Origin: Octopus vulgaris | Lineage: Eukaryota | Reading direction: 5' to 3' | Length of the DNA: 64,000 bases | Assembly (NCBI GenBank): GCA_951406725.2 | Contig: OX597820.1 | Span: forward strand, 16,244,001 to 16,308,000 | Shown here: positions 1 through 12,159 of the stretch, one piece after another | Position numbering within the stretch: position 1 is the stretch's first letter | Layout: each line of letters starts with the position of its first letter | The notes under the pieces: generated by a model | Database searches by the model: none | Seen by the model: only the letters and a program-made list of their open reading frames with translations | What the model was told of the DNA's origin: nothing | Position numbers and translations under genes: made by a program

Positions 1-116
1 GAGGTGAACAGAGAAAATATTTTCGTTGCTAAAGTACATTCACACGTTTCAACGCAAAGAATATTATTGAAACACTATCAAGAAACTCCCACCAAGTTCA
101 AACATGACGGTTGTGT

Positions 117-477
117 AGCTATGTAGTAAGTAGCTTGCTTCCCAACCGCATGGTTCCAGGTTCAGCCCCACTGCGTGGCACCTTGGACAAGTGTCTTCTA
201 CTGACCAAATTCTTGTTAGTGGATTTGGTAGACGTAAACTGAAAGAATCCCGTCGTATAAACATATATATATATATAAATTATGTGTGGCTTATTCGCAA
301 TTTACAGCCAAAAGGCACAATTATAGATGTCGCTAATGTATCAGCACCTTAGTCAGCACCAGCATTGCTAGAAATAAGTCAGAACACTTCTTAGCCACGG
401 GGAAGCACTTTTCTAATGACTGACAAAAGAGACAGGGTCCCTCTAGAACCCTCAGTTACTTAAGTGTTGTCCATATA

Positions 478-509
<32 letters not shown>

Positions 510-928
510 ATCAAAAGATTTTGAGTTTTAGCGTGATGCTAATTTTCAACCATTTTCAAATTCAAAATGGCTGAAGATTAGCATCATGCTTGAAACTTGG
601 AGTACCAACGAATTTGAATCAAACAGTTTGGATTCATACATGTAACTCTTAATAAATGTATTGAGTGCCCTTCTTTCGTTTGTCCACTTTGCATGTGTGT
701 GTCATTGTGTATATGCTTGTCCCCCATCCTTGCTTGACAACCTGTGTTGGTTTGTGTATGTCCCCGTAACATAGCGGTTCGGCAAAAGAAAACTACAGAA
801 CAAGCACCAGGCTTTTAAAAAAAAGTACTAAGGCCGATTCGTTCGATTAAAAACCCTTGAAGGCGTTTGTCCCAGCAGTGCTGCCGTTCACTGACTGAAA
901 CTAGAAAAAGACTGGAGACAAAAGATAA
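117..928 (+). mobile_element. SINE family A (tRNA-like head, internal TA/TG linker, CR1-like 3' end), split by inserts in its linker
   Basis: 5' half (117-262) and 3' half (~700-928) match the intact copies at 34019-34435 and 52322-52729. Confidence 0.85.
568..607 (+). ncRNA. Minimal type I hammerhead ribozyme motif
   Basis: tgg-CTGAAGA(571-577)-tt-agca/tca/tgct-t-GAAA-cttgga-GTA-cca; stem I tgg/cca; degenerate inverted copy at 522-556. Confidence 0.6.
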
Positions 929-974
929 CTAGCCCGATGCAGTTGTTGGGGGTAGAACAGAAAATTATGTATGA

Positions 975-1372
975 CTAGCAGTATCGCCCGGCGTTTCTCG
1001 GGTTTGTAAGGGAAATAACTATATAAGCATTTTTAGTGATGTAAAGTATAATAGCCATCTCAATATGGCTAACCACAAAGGGGTGTGTGTTTTACTGTAG
1101 CTTTTTACGTTCTGAGATTTAATAATAAATTTTTAGAGACTTACTTCCCTTATATATGCCAAAAATGCATTAAAAATAGGAAAAATTGATGGTAACTTTT
1201 TTTTAAATCGTAGACTCATCGTAGACGCGCGCTAATAGCCAGACGGGCTCGATATGAATCACGACTATAAGATACCCGGTTTTGGTTAAACTGCACCGCA
1301 AAATGTGGGAGTAGTTAGGAATCTAAATCGTAGGAGACAGACAGCACACAACCTCTCTTTTATATATAAAGA
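975..1372 (-). mobile_element. Non-autonomous Helitron, ~398 bp
   Basis: On the minus strand it starts TC, has a subterminal GC-rich hairpin (cccgagaaacgccggg), ends CTAG and sits between host A and T; second copy at 58659-59056. Confidence 0.85.
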
Positions 1373-1789
1373 TTAGGGAAATCAGTTACCTACTAATAGT
1401 TTTTCAACACCACTGAGAATGAGAACATTTACAGACAGATGTTTCATAACTTACAGCTTTCTCCATTCAGATTACAAATTCACATTTCCACTTTTAATTT
1501 TTAGTTCACTTGGTTAAGTTACTAAATATCTAAATAGTATCCTCGAAAATCTGTTTTCAGTTGATGAAAGTGTCCAGTCAACACACACTTTTAAAAAAAA
1601 TACCTTTTAAAGCTGAACAGTAAAACATTTTAACATTTTCTAAAGGTTAACATGGGAGTTATCTAAATTCCAGCGATTAAGCTTGTTTCCTTGTTCGACT
1701 CCACCTATTTTTGATTGAAAAAAAACTGAAATAATTTTTTTAAAAAAGTAAATAAAACATGCAAATTTATAAATAATTCCAAAGGTTTG

Positions 1790-2185
1790 CGATAAGAATG
1801 ATCACAGAAACATCCACGTAAAACCACTCGAGAACTGGAAAAAGAACCGCCTACAACCACTTGCATGCGATCAGAAAATCAAAAGAGCTCGACAAATGGG
1901 TGACACACGATTTGAATGAAAATCAGAAAATGCGCAGATATGAAATTTGCTCGTCGCTTCATCTCCGTAACCAGATCGATCCATTTCTCGACCGTATTAT
2001 AACTTGCGATGAAAAGTGGATTCTGTACAATAATAAAAAAAAAACATTCTTCGCAGTTGTTGGACTAAAATGAAGCATTGAAAACATTCCCTAAACACGA
2101 GCTCTCCAAAAAACAAGGTTATGGTGACAGTTTAGTGGTGTACTGTTGGATTCATCCACTTCTTAAAATCCGGAAAAACCATTAT
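1790..2185 (+). pseudogene. Mariner (DD34D) transposase relic
   Basis: KWVTHDL (WVPHEL-like) and FLDRIITCDEKWILY motifs, followed by frameshifts. Confidence 0.85.
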
Positions 2186-2937
2186 CGGTTCATCAAAAAA
2201 GAATGTATGGAGATCTAACCACAAATTCACAGAAACTCCACCCAGGTCATGAATGCAAATTTATATCTCGGGTCATTGGAATATTTCGTGACAGTTCTAA
2301 ATTTCCCGTAAAAATTTTTTTAAACTGGACATTGGTCAGTTTAACACCACTACTCGGGCGTTTGGACGTCTTTATTCAGTCAACACCTTTGTTTTCGTCC
2401 TAGATTTCCTGTCTGGGGATAATCCACTTGACTACGTTTCTTCCTTCCTTCTTTCCTTTCATTAGTTATAAATGTCCTACATAAAAGATTGTGGTCATCC
2501 ACTCCACCCTTCCTTTTCTGACAAATCTACGAAATCAAAATGACAAGTACATGAATAAGAACAGCAATAAAAATGGGAAGGTTATGATTGGTTGGGAAAT
2601 TCTTAACAGTTGAAATTTCATACATTTCAAATATTTGTAATGCAAAATATGCGCATAAATGGATACAAAGGGAGGGGTAGGAAGAAGATATACACACACA
2701 CACGTACATACAAATACATGTATGCCTAGGTATGTTTGTGTGATTGTGTGGGTGGGTGTGCTTGCATATGTACGTGTGTTTCCATGTGTGTGTGTACGTT
2801 TGTATGTATAGATATAAATGTATGTTTGGACGAGTGAGTATATGTGTATGTGTGTGCATATGTAGTCTCAACAACTATATATATATACACATATATATAT
2901 CATAACTTTCCATCAGTAGATTGTATCGTTGTTTTGA

Positions 2938-3053
2938 CCTTTGTCTGACGCGATGAATATGGTTCATGTGTAATATGTTGTAATATTATCTAATGATTAT
3001 TTATTTTCATGATGTGTCTGACCCACATAGTGTTGAAACGATCGTAATAAAGG
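2938..3053 (+). ncRNA. Decayed type I hammerhead ribozyme with a long stem II loop
   Basis: cctttgt-CTGACGC(2945-2951, A9>C)...GAAAC-gatc-GTA(3044-3046)-ataaagg; 7 bp stem I cctttgt/ataaagg; palindromic stem III; downstream AATAAA. Confidence 0.6.
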
Positions 3054-3157
3054 AATAAACGTAACACCATAGCTTTCATTCTTGGACTAACTATAAGTGT
3101 ATATATATATATACATAACTGTGAAAAAAGAGTACTCAAATACCAGAGGTAGAGTAA

Positions 3158-3195
3158 TTCGTCGGACAGTTTTGTTAACAAAACTGTCCGACGAA
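3158..3195. repeat. Perfect 38 bp palindrome running into an HHR-like core
   Basis: ttcgtcggacagttttgtt|aacaaaactgtccgacgaa, overlapping CCGACGA-acg-ggaa-cgt-GAAAC. Confidence 0.85.
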
Positions 3196-3255
3196 CGGGA
3201 ACGTGAAACTCTAAATATCAGCTTTTATTATATTTCTGTTGCTTTTAAATAAAGT

Positions 3256-3337
<82 letters not shown>

Positions 3338-3994
3338 GTATGCGTGTATGTATAAACACACACACACATATGTTTACATACAGGGTGTTCCAAAGGTCAC
3401 GCACAAAATAAGTTCAATACCCTCTGGAATTGTCAAAGACATGCTTAATTTTACTAAAATTGTAAGAAATACATAAAATAATGATGAATACGCATGTATT
3501 TCTATATGAGGAACAAAATGAATAACAACAAGAGAACTCAGAGGGCACAAACCTCCGCCAAGGCAACGTCCTCTCAACGATTAGCCACAGATGATCTTTA
3601 AAATGAGAATATCTGAAATATACTCACCAGCTCTCGCAAACGAGAATACTAAAAATGAATCCGACCGATCACAAAAATTAAGTGAAAAAAAAAATAAACG
3701 GAAAAATAATCCAAAATCCTTGACCGGTACTTGATTGATCCCAATGGTAGTTATGGAATGTGAAGGTGGCTATAGAAAATTTAGTAACGATAATAAATAG
3801 TTTATCCTTATCTAATACAAGCCAAAGTTAATAAATTTACCATTCAAAATTGTTTCAAAGGCGGGCGTAATAGTAATAAGTTCTGCTCAGGAATTTTTAA
3901 ATGAATAGTATGAAACCTTTTGGTCTTTTCTCTTAACTTCTGGCCTTCCTTTAGTATTCCTGTTGTTTTAGATCGATGTATAAATGTATGCATA

Positions 3995-4570
3995 TATGTA
4001 AGTGAGACTTGGACGCTATACACACGCCAAGAGCGTCGCCTAAACATCTTTCACCTGCGCTGCCTCCGGAAAATCCTCCGCATCAAATGGCAGAATCATA
4101 TCCCCAACAAAGATGTCCTCAAGCAAGCAGGAATACCAGGTATGTTTGCACTCCTCACACAACGACGTATGAGATGGCTTGGGCATGTTAGCCGTATGAA
4201 AGATGGCAGAATCCCCAAGGACATACTCTACGGAGAGCTTGCTAGGGGTACTTGGTCTGTGGGTAGACCGTTCTTACGTTACAAGGATGTTTGCAAAAGG
4301 GACATGAAGGCCTGCAACATCAATATTAGCGGTTGGGAAGCAATTGCCAGCAACCGTGGAAATTGGCGACGAACCGTAAAAGAGGGAATACAAAGGAGTG
4401 ACAGAGAGAGAGGAGGAGAAATGGAAAGACAAGAAAAGACGTCAACAAGAAACTATGAGATTACAACCAGCCAGGAACAGTCTTCGCTACATTTGCGGTA
4501 CCTGCCAGAGGGAGTGTTTGTCCAGGATAGGACTACACAGTCACAGCAGGAAATGTATCAGGACATGAAA
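3995..4570 (+). pseudogene. RTE-clade LINE, 3' part of ORF
   Basis: SETWTLY...FHLRCLRKILRIKWQ...RRMRWLGHVSRMKDGRIPKDILYGEL; frameshifted C-terminal Cys/His motif. Confidence 0.9.
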
Positions 4571-4616
4571 TGTAAAAGCCGGACTCCTACCCACCATACA
4601 CACACACACACACACA

Positions 4617-4656
<40 letters not shown>

Positions 4657-4799
4657 CTCTCTCTTTCTCTCTCTCCTTCACTTTTCAGTGCTAACATACA
4701 AGATATTCAGTATTCAGAGTAGACAAGGAATGCGTGTCCGCTCGCGACTACAACGACACCTAAAGTAATCTGGGAAAGCGCAAATGCATGCATTTGTAC

Positions 4800-4880
<81 letters not shown>

Positions 4881-4908
4881 CTATATACATATAGACAGAC
4901 AGACAGAC

Positions 4909-4962
<54 letters not shown>

Positions 4963-5017
4963 TAGGTAGATAGGTAGGTAGGTAGGTAGGTAGGTAGATA
5001 AATATAGAGATATATAT

Positions 5018-5192
5018 AATTAAGGGGAATGACCACTGAAGTGGACACCTAATATGCTAAACACAAACATCAAATCGCCATTACCACGAAGAATGTGTTC
5101 TCAAGAAACACACTCTTCGTGGTAATGGCGATTTGTCGTCTATGTTTAGCATATAGGCTGTCCATTTTTTTTAGTGGTCACTCCTCTAAATT
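5018..5192. repeat. Imperfect fold-back (~85 bp arms) next to a microsatellite
   Basis: caaatcgccattaccacgaaga...tcttcgtggtaatggcgatttg and tgaccact/agtggtca. Confidence 0.8.
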
Positions 5193-5289
5193 TTGTATGT
5201 AAAACAATTTTTAATCTTCGGATTTTTTAAATATGCTAAGCCACTGGTTTTAATTTAATTAATAACAATTTCTACCCTTATTATTTAAT

Positions 5290-5353
<64 letters not shown>

Positions 5354-5465
5354 CATACATACATACATACATACATAAAATAATTTACCAGTTTGAGTCA
5401 GAAGTGAGCATCCGGCTTACTAGATATTGCAGCCAAATCTGTTATGTATCATATCGTATAGCTAG

Positions 5466-5840
5466 AAGGGCGGTGAGCTGGCAGAAATGTTAGCATGCCG
5501 GGCGAAATGCGTAGCCGTATTTCGTCTGCCGTTACGTTGTGAGTTAAGTACCAGTTACGCACTGGGGTCGATGTAACCGACTTAATCCGTTTGTCTGTCC
5601 TTGTTTATCCCCTCTATGTTTAGCCCCTTGTGGGAAATAAAGAAATAAACGTTAGCACGCCGGGCGAAATGCTTATCGGTATTTCATCTGTCTTTACGTT
5701 CTGAATTCTAATTTCGCCGAGGTCGACTTTGCCTTTCAACCTTTTGGGGTCGATAAATTAAGTACCAGTTGCGTACTGGGGTCGATCTAATCGACTGCGC
5801 CCCACCAAATTTCGGGCCTTGTGTCTAGAGTAGAAAAGAA
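5466..5840 (+). mobile_element. SINE family B, two fused copies
   Basis: ggcggtgagctggcagaa head; gtcgactttgcctttca..ggggtcgataaattaagtaccag core. Confidence 0.85.
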
Positions 5841-6420
5841 TATCTTACGGCTAGGAAAAAAGGAAGAAAATACTGGATAATGTAATTGTAGACATATTAC
5901 TTTTTAAAATAGGCAGATCGATTAGGTCATCGTCCTGTTGGTGATAGACGGCAAGTTTAAAGCGATAACCATTATCAGCTTTGATAAAAAGAAGTTATAC
6001 ACGCTTTCCTATATAATACTTCTTCATTTTCTTGGCCGTTTAGAGGAATTACAAAAAAGTAACCACAAGTCTTTGCTGTTTTTATCTTGATACATGGTTG
6101 GTAAAGTGGGTTCTACATACTCTCAGAATAGAATGTGTAATCAAACAGAAGAAATAGGTTTATGAGTGTGTGTCTGTGTGTTTTGTGTGTATGTGTGTGA
6201 GATTGCGTACGTATGTGTGAAAATCTCGAAGTCGAACATGGTAACGATTAGCGGAAAAGGGCGAACGTCAAATAAAATGGAAAACCTCTCCTCAGCCGTG
6301 GAGACAAGAGTCAAGCGCATTTTCGGCACGTTTGGAATTCGAAAGGCATAAAAATTCCAAGTACTGCACATTTGGTTGGGTCAACGATACATGCATACAT
6401 ACATACATACATACATACAT

Positions 6421-6477
<57 letters not shown>

Positions 6478-6731
6478 CATATGTGTATGTGTGTATGTAT
6501 GTATATATAGTTTCAAACGGCTTACCTTCCAAGTCGATATTTCGAACTTGTTTTATCTTGTCATCGATAATCATTTTTAAGATTATAAAGAGATTTGAGT
6601 ATTCCTTGTTCCTTCAGCTAAGGTTTAAAGGTCAAATGAAAATCACCGACAACAGAAGAATAAGATTGTTGTAACCCGTTACTGCATTTATTTGTACAAC
6701 TGTCAAGACTCAAAGTTGTCGTTACCGATGC

Positions 6732-6770
<39 letters not shown>

Positions 6771-6771
<1 letters not shown>

Positions 6772-8197
6772 GGAACGAATAGTCAGAAGGAAACTGATCA
6801 CCTTCCTTGAAGAAAATGACTTGCTGCCCGACACCCACTATGGTTTCCGACCAAGGAGAAGCTGTTTAACTCAGCTCCTACAACACTATGACTGGGTGCT
6901 GAAACGGCTGCTCAACCACTCAAATGTGGAAGTGATATATCTCGACTTTGCAAAGGCCTTTGATAAAGTCGATCATGGAATGATATGTCACAAACTGCGT
7001 GATCTCAACATAGTTGGAAAACTGGGAGAATGGCTTCATGACTTTCTGAAAGATAGAAGTCAGGTGGTAGTAGCCAATGGGGCCACTTCCATTAACACGC
7101 AAATAGTGAGCGGTGTTCCGCAGGGCACTGTTTTGGGACCACTGCTGTTCATAATGGCCCTCTCAGACATGCCCTCAGCCACGCAGAGAGCCACGATCAC
7201 AAGTTATGCAGATGATACAAAAGTTTCACAGGCAATACAGAACCCTGAGGACACTAAACACCTGCAATGTGAGCTGGACAAAATATACAAGTGGGCTGAA
7301 AAGAATAGCATGCAGTTCAATGCTGAAAAGTTTCAAGCTTTATACTATCAGCATGCAAAACTAAATGCAATACCCAATGAATACACTGGACCCGGAGGAA
7401 TAGCAATCCCAGAGGCACAATCAGTGCGTGATCTGGGTATTTACATGAGTGATGACGCAACCTTTCGTGTACATGTTGCTAAATTGGCAATGAAATGTAG
7501 ACGACTGGCCGGATGGATTCTCAGAACCTTTAGAACAAGAGAACAAGAAACCATGATGGTCCTCTGGAGGACACTTGTCCTAAGCCACTTTGACTATTGC
7601 TCTCAGTTATGGTCACCATCCAGTGTCAAGTTGATCACAGAACTCGAGGCGATCCAACGTAGCTACACGAAGAAGATAGCCTCTATGCAGAATGTAAGCT
7701 ACTGGGAAAGACTCAAGAGATTAAAACTATATTCCTTGGAGCGTAGGCGGGAAAGATATGCCATAATATACATCCGGAATATCCTGGAGGGACGTGTCCC
7801 GAACTTTGGCATCGAGAGTTACACAAATGCCAGAACTGGGCGCCACTGCGTGGTGCCTAGGACTCCAAATTTGCCATCAAGATGTAGGACAAGATACTGT
7901 GATAGCCTGGGCTTCCGAGGCCCACAGCTCTTCAATATCCTCCCGAAGAACCTGAGAGACCTGCATGGGGTGGATGCAGATGTCTTTAAAATGAAACTGG
8001 ATCTCTTCTTGTCAGGTGTCCCAGATGAACCAACTTCACGGCAGGAGGTGCAGATGAGGGCAGCTGCATCGAACTCTCTCATGCACCAAATGGCAGTCGC
8101 TAAAAAGCTTTCGTGAAGTAAAACCATGTAGCAACACCAAATGGCAGTGCCCCAGCATGGCCACAGCTCATGAGCTGAAACTAAAATCAATCAATCA
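6771..8197 (+). mobile_element. 5'-truncated CR1-group LINE with an uninterrupted RT/C-terminal ORF (to 8116), 3' stem-loop and (AATC)n tail
   Basis: YLDFAKAFDKVDH, SGVPQGTVLGPLLF, YADD (7205-7216), YWERLKRLKLYSLERRRER; begins directly after a (TTA)n tract. Confidence 0.93.
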
Positions 8198-8206
8198 AAA
8201 AAAAAT

Positions 8207-8306
8207 TACTTTTTTTTCTTCTTTCAAATTTGCTTCCATTTCTTGCCGAGTGTCTTCCCGACTCCACTCGGCAAGAAATGGAAGAAAATTTGAAAGAAGA
8301 AAAAAA

Positions 8307-8311
<5 letters not shown>
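8207..8311. repeat. Near-perfect hairpin (~46 bp arms, 12 nt loop)
   Basis: ttcttctttcaaatttgcttccatttcttgccgagtg / cactcggcaagaaatggaagaaaatttgaaagaagaa. Confidence 0.9.
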
Positions 8312-8343
<32 letters not shown>

Positions 8344-8344
8344 G

Positions 8345-8672
8345 ACAGTGCATGCCATCAAAGTGACACTTAAATAAAATATACGAAGCCCAGTATACCC
8401 ATCATGACTACCCGTCTAATAAGGGTACATCAGGCACATGTATCACAACCATATGCGCAACATGGTGATCTCATATCAAGATAAACAGCGCATGACCTTG
8501 CAGATGGGGCCCAGTTAGAATTTTCTTCTGGTTGAGTAGCCCATCCCGCTCAAAAGGTCCCTGAATAAGAGTTGTTTAAGGATGTAGAACGAAACACCCA
8601 TGTTTCCAGAGGTGAATTATCCAAACTCCAAAGAATTCCTCTCAACACATGGCTATGATGCTCCCCCATTAC
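8345..8672 (-). mobile_element. Truncated copy of the (TAA)n-associated non-coding element
   Basis: Aligns by eye to 13985-14315 and abuts (TTA)n. Confidence 0.75.
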
Positions 8673-9244
8673 TTCAGGAGAATATGGAGGTGATCAACCA
8701 GATCAAAATTACAGTCGCGCGCAACAGCCATTGCAACCACAGACGTGTGTGCAGGAGCATCGTCCTGGTGAAGCAGGGCCCCAATAGCATTCTGATTAAC
8801 ATTTAAACTTCTGTCATCCATCACCATGTGGTAAACACATCGATGTTTTCTTGGTTGGTGGCTGTGGAAATACGTCCTGACCACGGGTCATCTTCAATAC
8901 TCTCTCTATCCCTTTTGAATTCAGCTGCCCACTTTTGCACAGTTGATGAAGCTGGAGCATCATCCCCTAATGTAGTAACCATTTCAGCATGGATGTCCTT
9001 GGGGAGCTAACCCCCTTTTCTGCAGATATTTGTTAACACTATGGTGCCAAATTTTATCTATTTTACACGAAATGTCTCTAGTACCATTTTTCCAAGTCCT
9101 CAATTCTATATCCAATGTGGGTTTATCTGAAAAGAAAACATACAGTTAGCATCAGAAAAGGTTGAATTTAATGCATGCCAAGTTTAATTACTGCATGATA
9201 ACTCCTTCTTAATCAGCCTATGAACCTTTCAGCCTGTCCTTGTA
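8673..9244 (-). pseudogene. Internally deleted mariner transposon relic
   Basis: LLHQDDAPAHTSVVAMA...FDLVDH (HQDNAPAH motif); TIR-like end near 9215-9244. Confidence 0.75.
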
Positions 9245-10058
9245 TAGCACTTCGTGAGGCTAACTCGAGGTTTAACTTCCAGTTGAGCTACTTAAAGATA
9301 TCAAAATAATGGTTATCAATAACTCCTGAATTATCAACTCCTCTCCCACAATGAAACAAAGGAAACAATAAAATGAAAACTAATCAGAATTTTGCTTAAT
9401 CCACTGGACAATTATGCTTCCTCCATGTGAACATTTACACTCCTTAGGTCCGGTCAGGATACCACCTGTCTCCAAGAAGTTACAAAATAAACCACAAATC
9501 CGGTTTGTCTGTAAGACAAGTCTTTCGCTCTTTATCTATTGGTTATTTTCCCATCTGGTTACAGGTTATATTCTGATTTTGTTCTGATAAGTGGCTTCTG
9601 AGAATATGTAAAAATCTTATGCTCTCGACTACTTACCTTTATGAAAAAAAAATAAATAACAATGATTCCAACGACTCTAATTCAAATTTCCTTTTCTCAT
9701 TCCACTAAATTAATCTGTTGTCTTTATCATTCTCCAAACTTGACTATCCGCAATTGTTTCTCATCCTGTATCGACGATATCTAACTTAGACTATTCCACA
9801 TTGAGGTTACTGGTTTCGGTGTATTCGATGTTCGCAATTGCTTTTGACTCTTGCAATTATCTATACCCACCCCACGCAACATTACTGACACGTCACTTAA
9901 ACACTCATTACATAGTATCAAAATTTTCGTCGCACTAACTGCAACCAGGTCACTGACATAGTTCCACTGTATCTGGTTTGGCTAAGGTTGTTTGTCGACA
10001 TATAAAGGTTTCAGCGTTATATTTTCATCTATACACACTCTCTCTCACTCTCTCTCAC

Positions 10059-10136
<78 letters not shown>

Positions 10137-10479
10137 GAGATGACTGTTAGATAGAATACTGAGCAGTATACATTCTGGGCGTTCTTCTCACACACGATCG
10201 CATGCACACATAAACACTCTCTCTCTCTCTAAAAGGAATCAGCTGTGTTCGAACCTGAACAAGGATGGGCAAAAATATAAACACATTCTTTCCATACGTT
10301 CCATGTACGAGCAAAATGAATGGGAGAGAGGAACTATTGACGGACTATTTTGATTGTTGGCATCTCCTTAGAAGAGACCTTCCCAATTTCCTTTCCCCAA
10401 TCCATAGCATAAGATATTCATCTCGATATAAAGCAGACGAATTAAGCTTCAACAATACCCATGTCGACGAATTAAGGAG

Positions 10480-10675
10480 CACAGGGACGGTTTCTCGGTT
10501 TCTCTGGCGTGTATATTGCCCCTTAGACGGGATGCCGGTCCGTCGCAGGATTACTCATTTTTACAAATTGAACGGACTGGAACAACGTGAAATGAAGTGT
10601 TTTGCTCAAGAACACAACGAATCGAAACCGCAATTTTACGATTATGAGTCCAACACCCTAACCATTAAGCTATGC
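10480..10675 (-). mobile_element. Partial tRNA-headed SINE related to family C
   Basis: ggactggaacaacgtgaaatgaagtgttttgctcaagaacacaacg...accctaacca shared with 24170-24290. Confidence 0.7.
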
Positions 10676-11746
10676 ACTATAGATGAAACCAATCTTCACT
10701 CCTTCCTAACCCTCCTTACATATGCGTTATCCATCTGCAGCCTAGACCTTCTCAACCCGTGAAGTCAACATTGACTCGATGACCGCTAAAAATATCCTCC
10801 GATGGAGTCATACTAATCTTTTCTTTAACAGTGAAAACACACGGCCTCAGCACCAACAGGCGCCGTTCCAGAATTTGGACCTGGAGATCTCCATTTCTAG
10901 CGACTTCGAAGGCCACCTCCCAATGGTGTCGGGCGTCAACGAAGAGCCCTCGACTACAACAAGACGACCAAAGTTTTTTTTTTCCAAGGTCTGGGGTCTC
11001 CCGCCCCTTAAGCCCTAGACCATCACCTAATCACCCTTACCCATCTAATTGCTTAACAACAACAGCACCAACAGTGCAGGTAACGCGGGAGATGAGACAG
11101 AAAAGCCAGCATAGAGTCGAGAACAGGGGAGAAAAGCCATCGACGGCCTTATGCTTCTTAGGGAGCGAAGGGTTTAGTAAGTCTACAGTGGTAGCTCCTT
11201 CGCGCAGCTGAATTGTCCCATGTTGCATTCACTCAGGCACTTCAGAATCACACAATTAACTGCACTAATCTCTCTCAGAACGTCTACGAAAGTCACAGGC
11301 GTAGCACTTTCCTCTCTATCAAAATTCAAGCATAAAATATATCGCTCAGCAGTTTTACTTATTCTGCTACATCAGCTCTCCAACAGCATTCAAGCTTAAT
11401 ATAAATGAGCTGCGCTTTTCCTTTGCCATTCTGTAGAAATATCTTTTTAAATTCTCTTTCATCAATAACGAGATGCTAGCAAATTGAATTTAGGGTATTC
11501 GCAGCGTACGAGAAACAAAGCTAGAAATACAGATTTACTGTTAATACCATATATACATAGAAGCATTTAAACACCCACTCATGTATAAACGTACTGATGT
11601 ATACTTACGCTTGGCATACCTCTCGCGGGTTATTGAGGCACACAAGATGTCACACCATTAAGAAGTAGAAGACGTTGAAGCGAGAAAGTGAAGATGAGAA
11701 AAATACGCCGGTGAACCAGAGATTAGAGTGAGAGTGTGAGCGACGA

Positions 11747-11810
<64 letters not shown>

Positions 11811-11815
11811 GTGTG

Positions 11816-12115
11816 GAGGCGCAATGGCCTAGTGGTTAGGGCAGCGGACTCGCGGTCGTAGGATCGCGGTTTCGATTCCCAGACCGGGCGTTGTGAGTGT
11901 TTATTGAGCGAAAACATCTAAAGCTCCACGAGGCTCCGGCAGGGGGTGGCGATCCCTGCTGTTCTCTTTCGCCACAACTTTCTCTCACTCTTTCTTCTGC
12001 TGGCCTGCTCGCTTAGCCAGCGGGGTGGCGTCATTTGAAGGCTAAACAATGCGAAGCGCATTGTGACCAGCGATGTGTAACAACATCTGATAGCCTGGTC
12101 GGTCACGGTGATCAC

Positions 12116-12117
<2 letters not shown>
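11816..12117 (+). mobile_element. SINE family D (tRNA-derived head)
   Basis: A-box tggcctagtgg and B-box-like ggtttcgattcc; 3' half shared with 16975-17250. Confidence 0.8.

Positions 12118-12157
<40 letters not shown>

Positions 12158-12159
<2 letters not shown>

Noticed and set aside
3525-3740. Helentron/DINE-like element (aacaagag...acctccgccaagg)
   Set aside because: Only one end is recognisable and the classification rests on memory.
5018-5192. Hammerhead in this fold-back
   Set aside because: Only ACGAAGA and GAAAC fragments are present and no stem I or cleavage triplet can be assigned; kept as a fold-back only.
6692-6770. Poly-Leu signal peptide on an RT ORF, suggesting domestication
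   Set aside because: It is a (TTA)n microsatellite that happens to be in frame with a truncated LINE.
10690-11300. LINE ORF1 (gag-like) relic or host exon
   Set aside because: Only vague similarity across frameshifts; cannot be supported without a search.
11816-11890. tRNA gene
   Set aside because: A and B boxes are present, but there is no complete acceptor stem and it continues into a SINE body found elsewhere.
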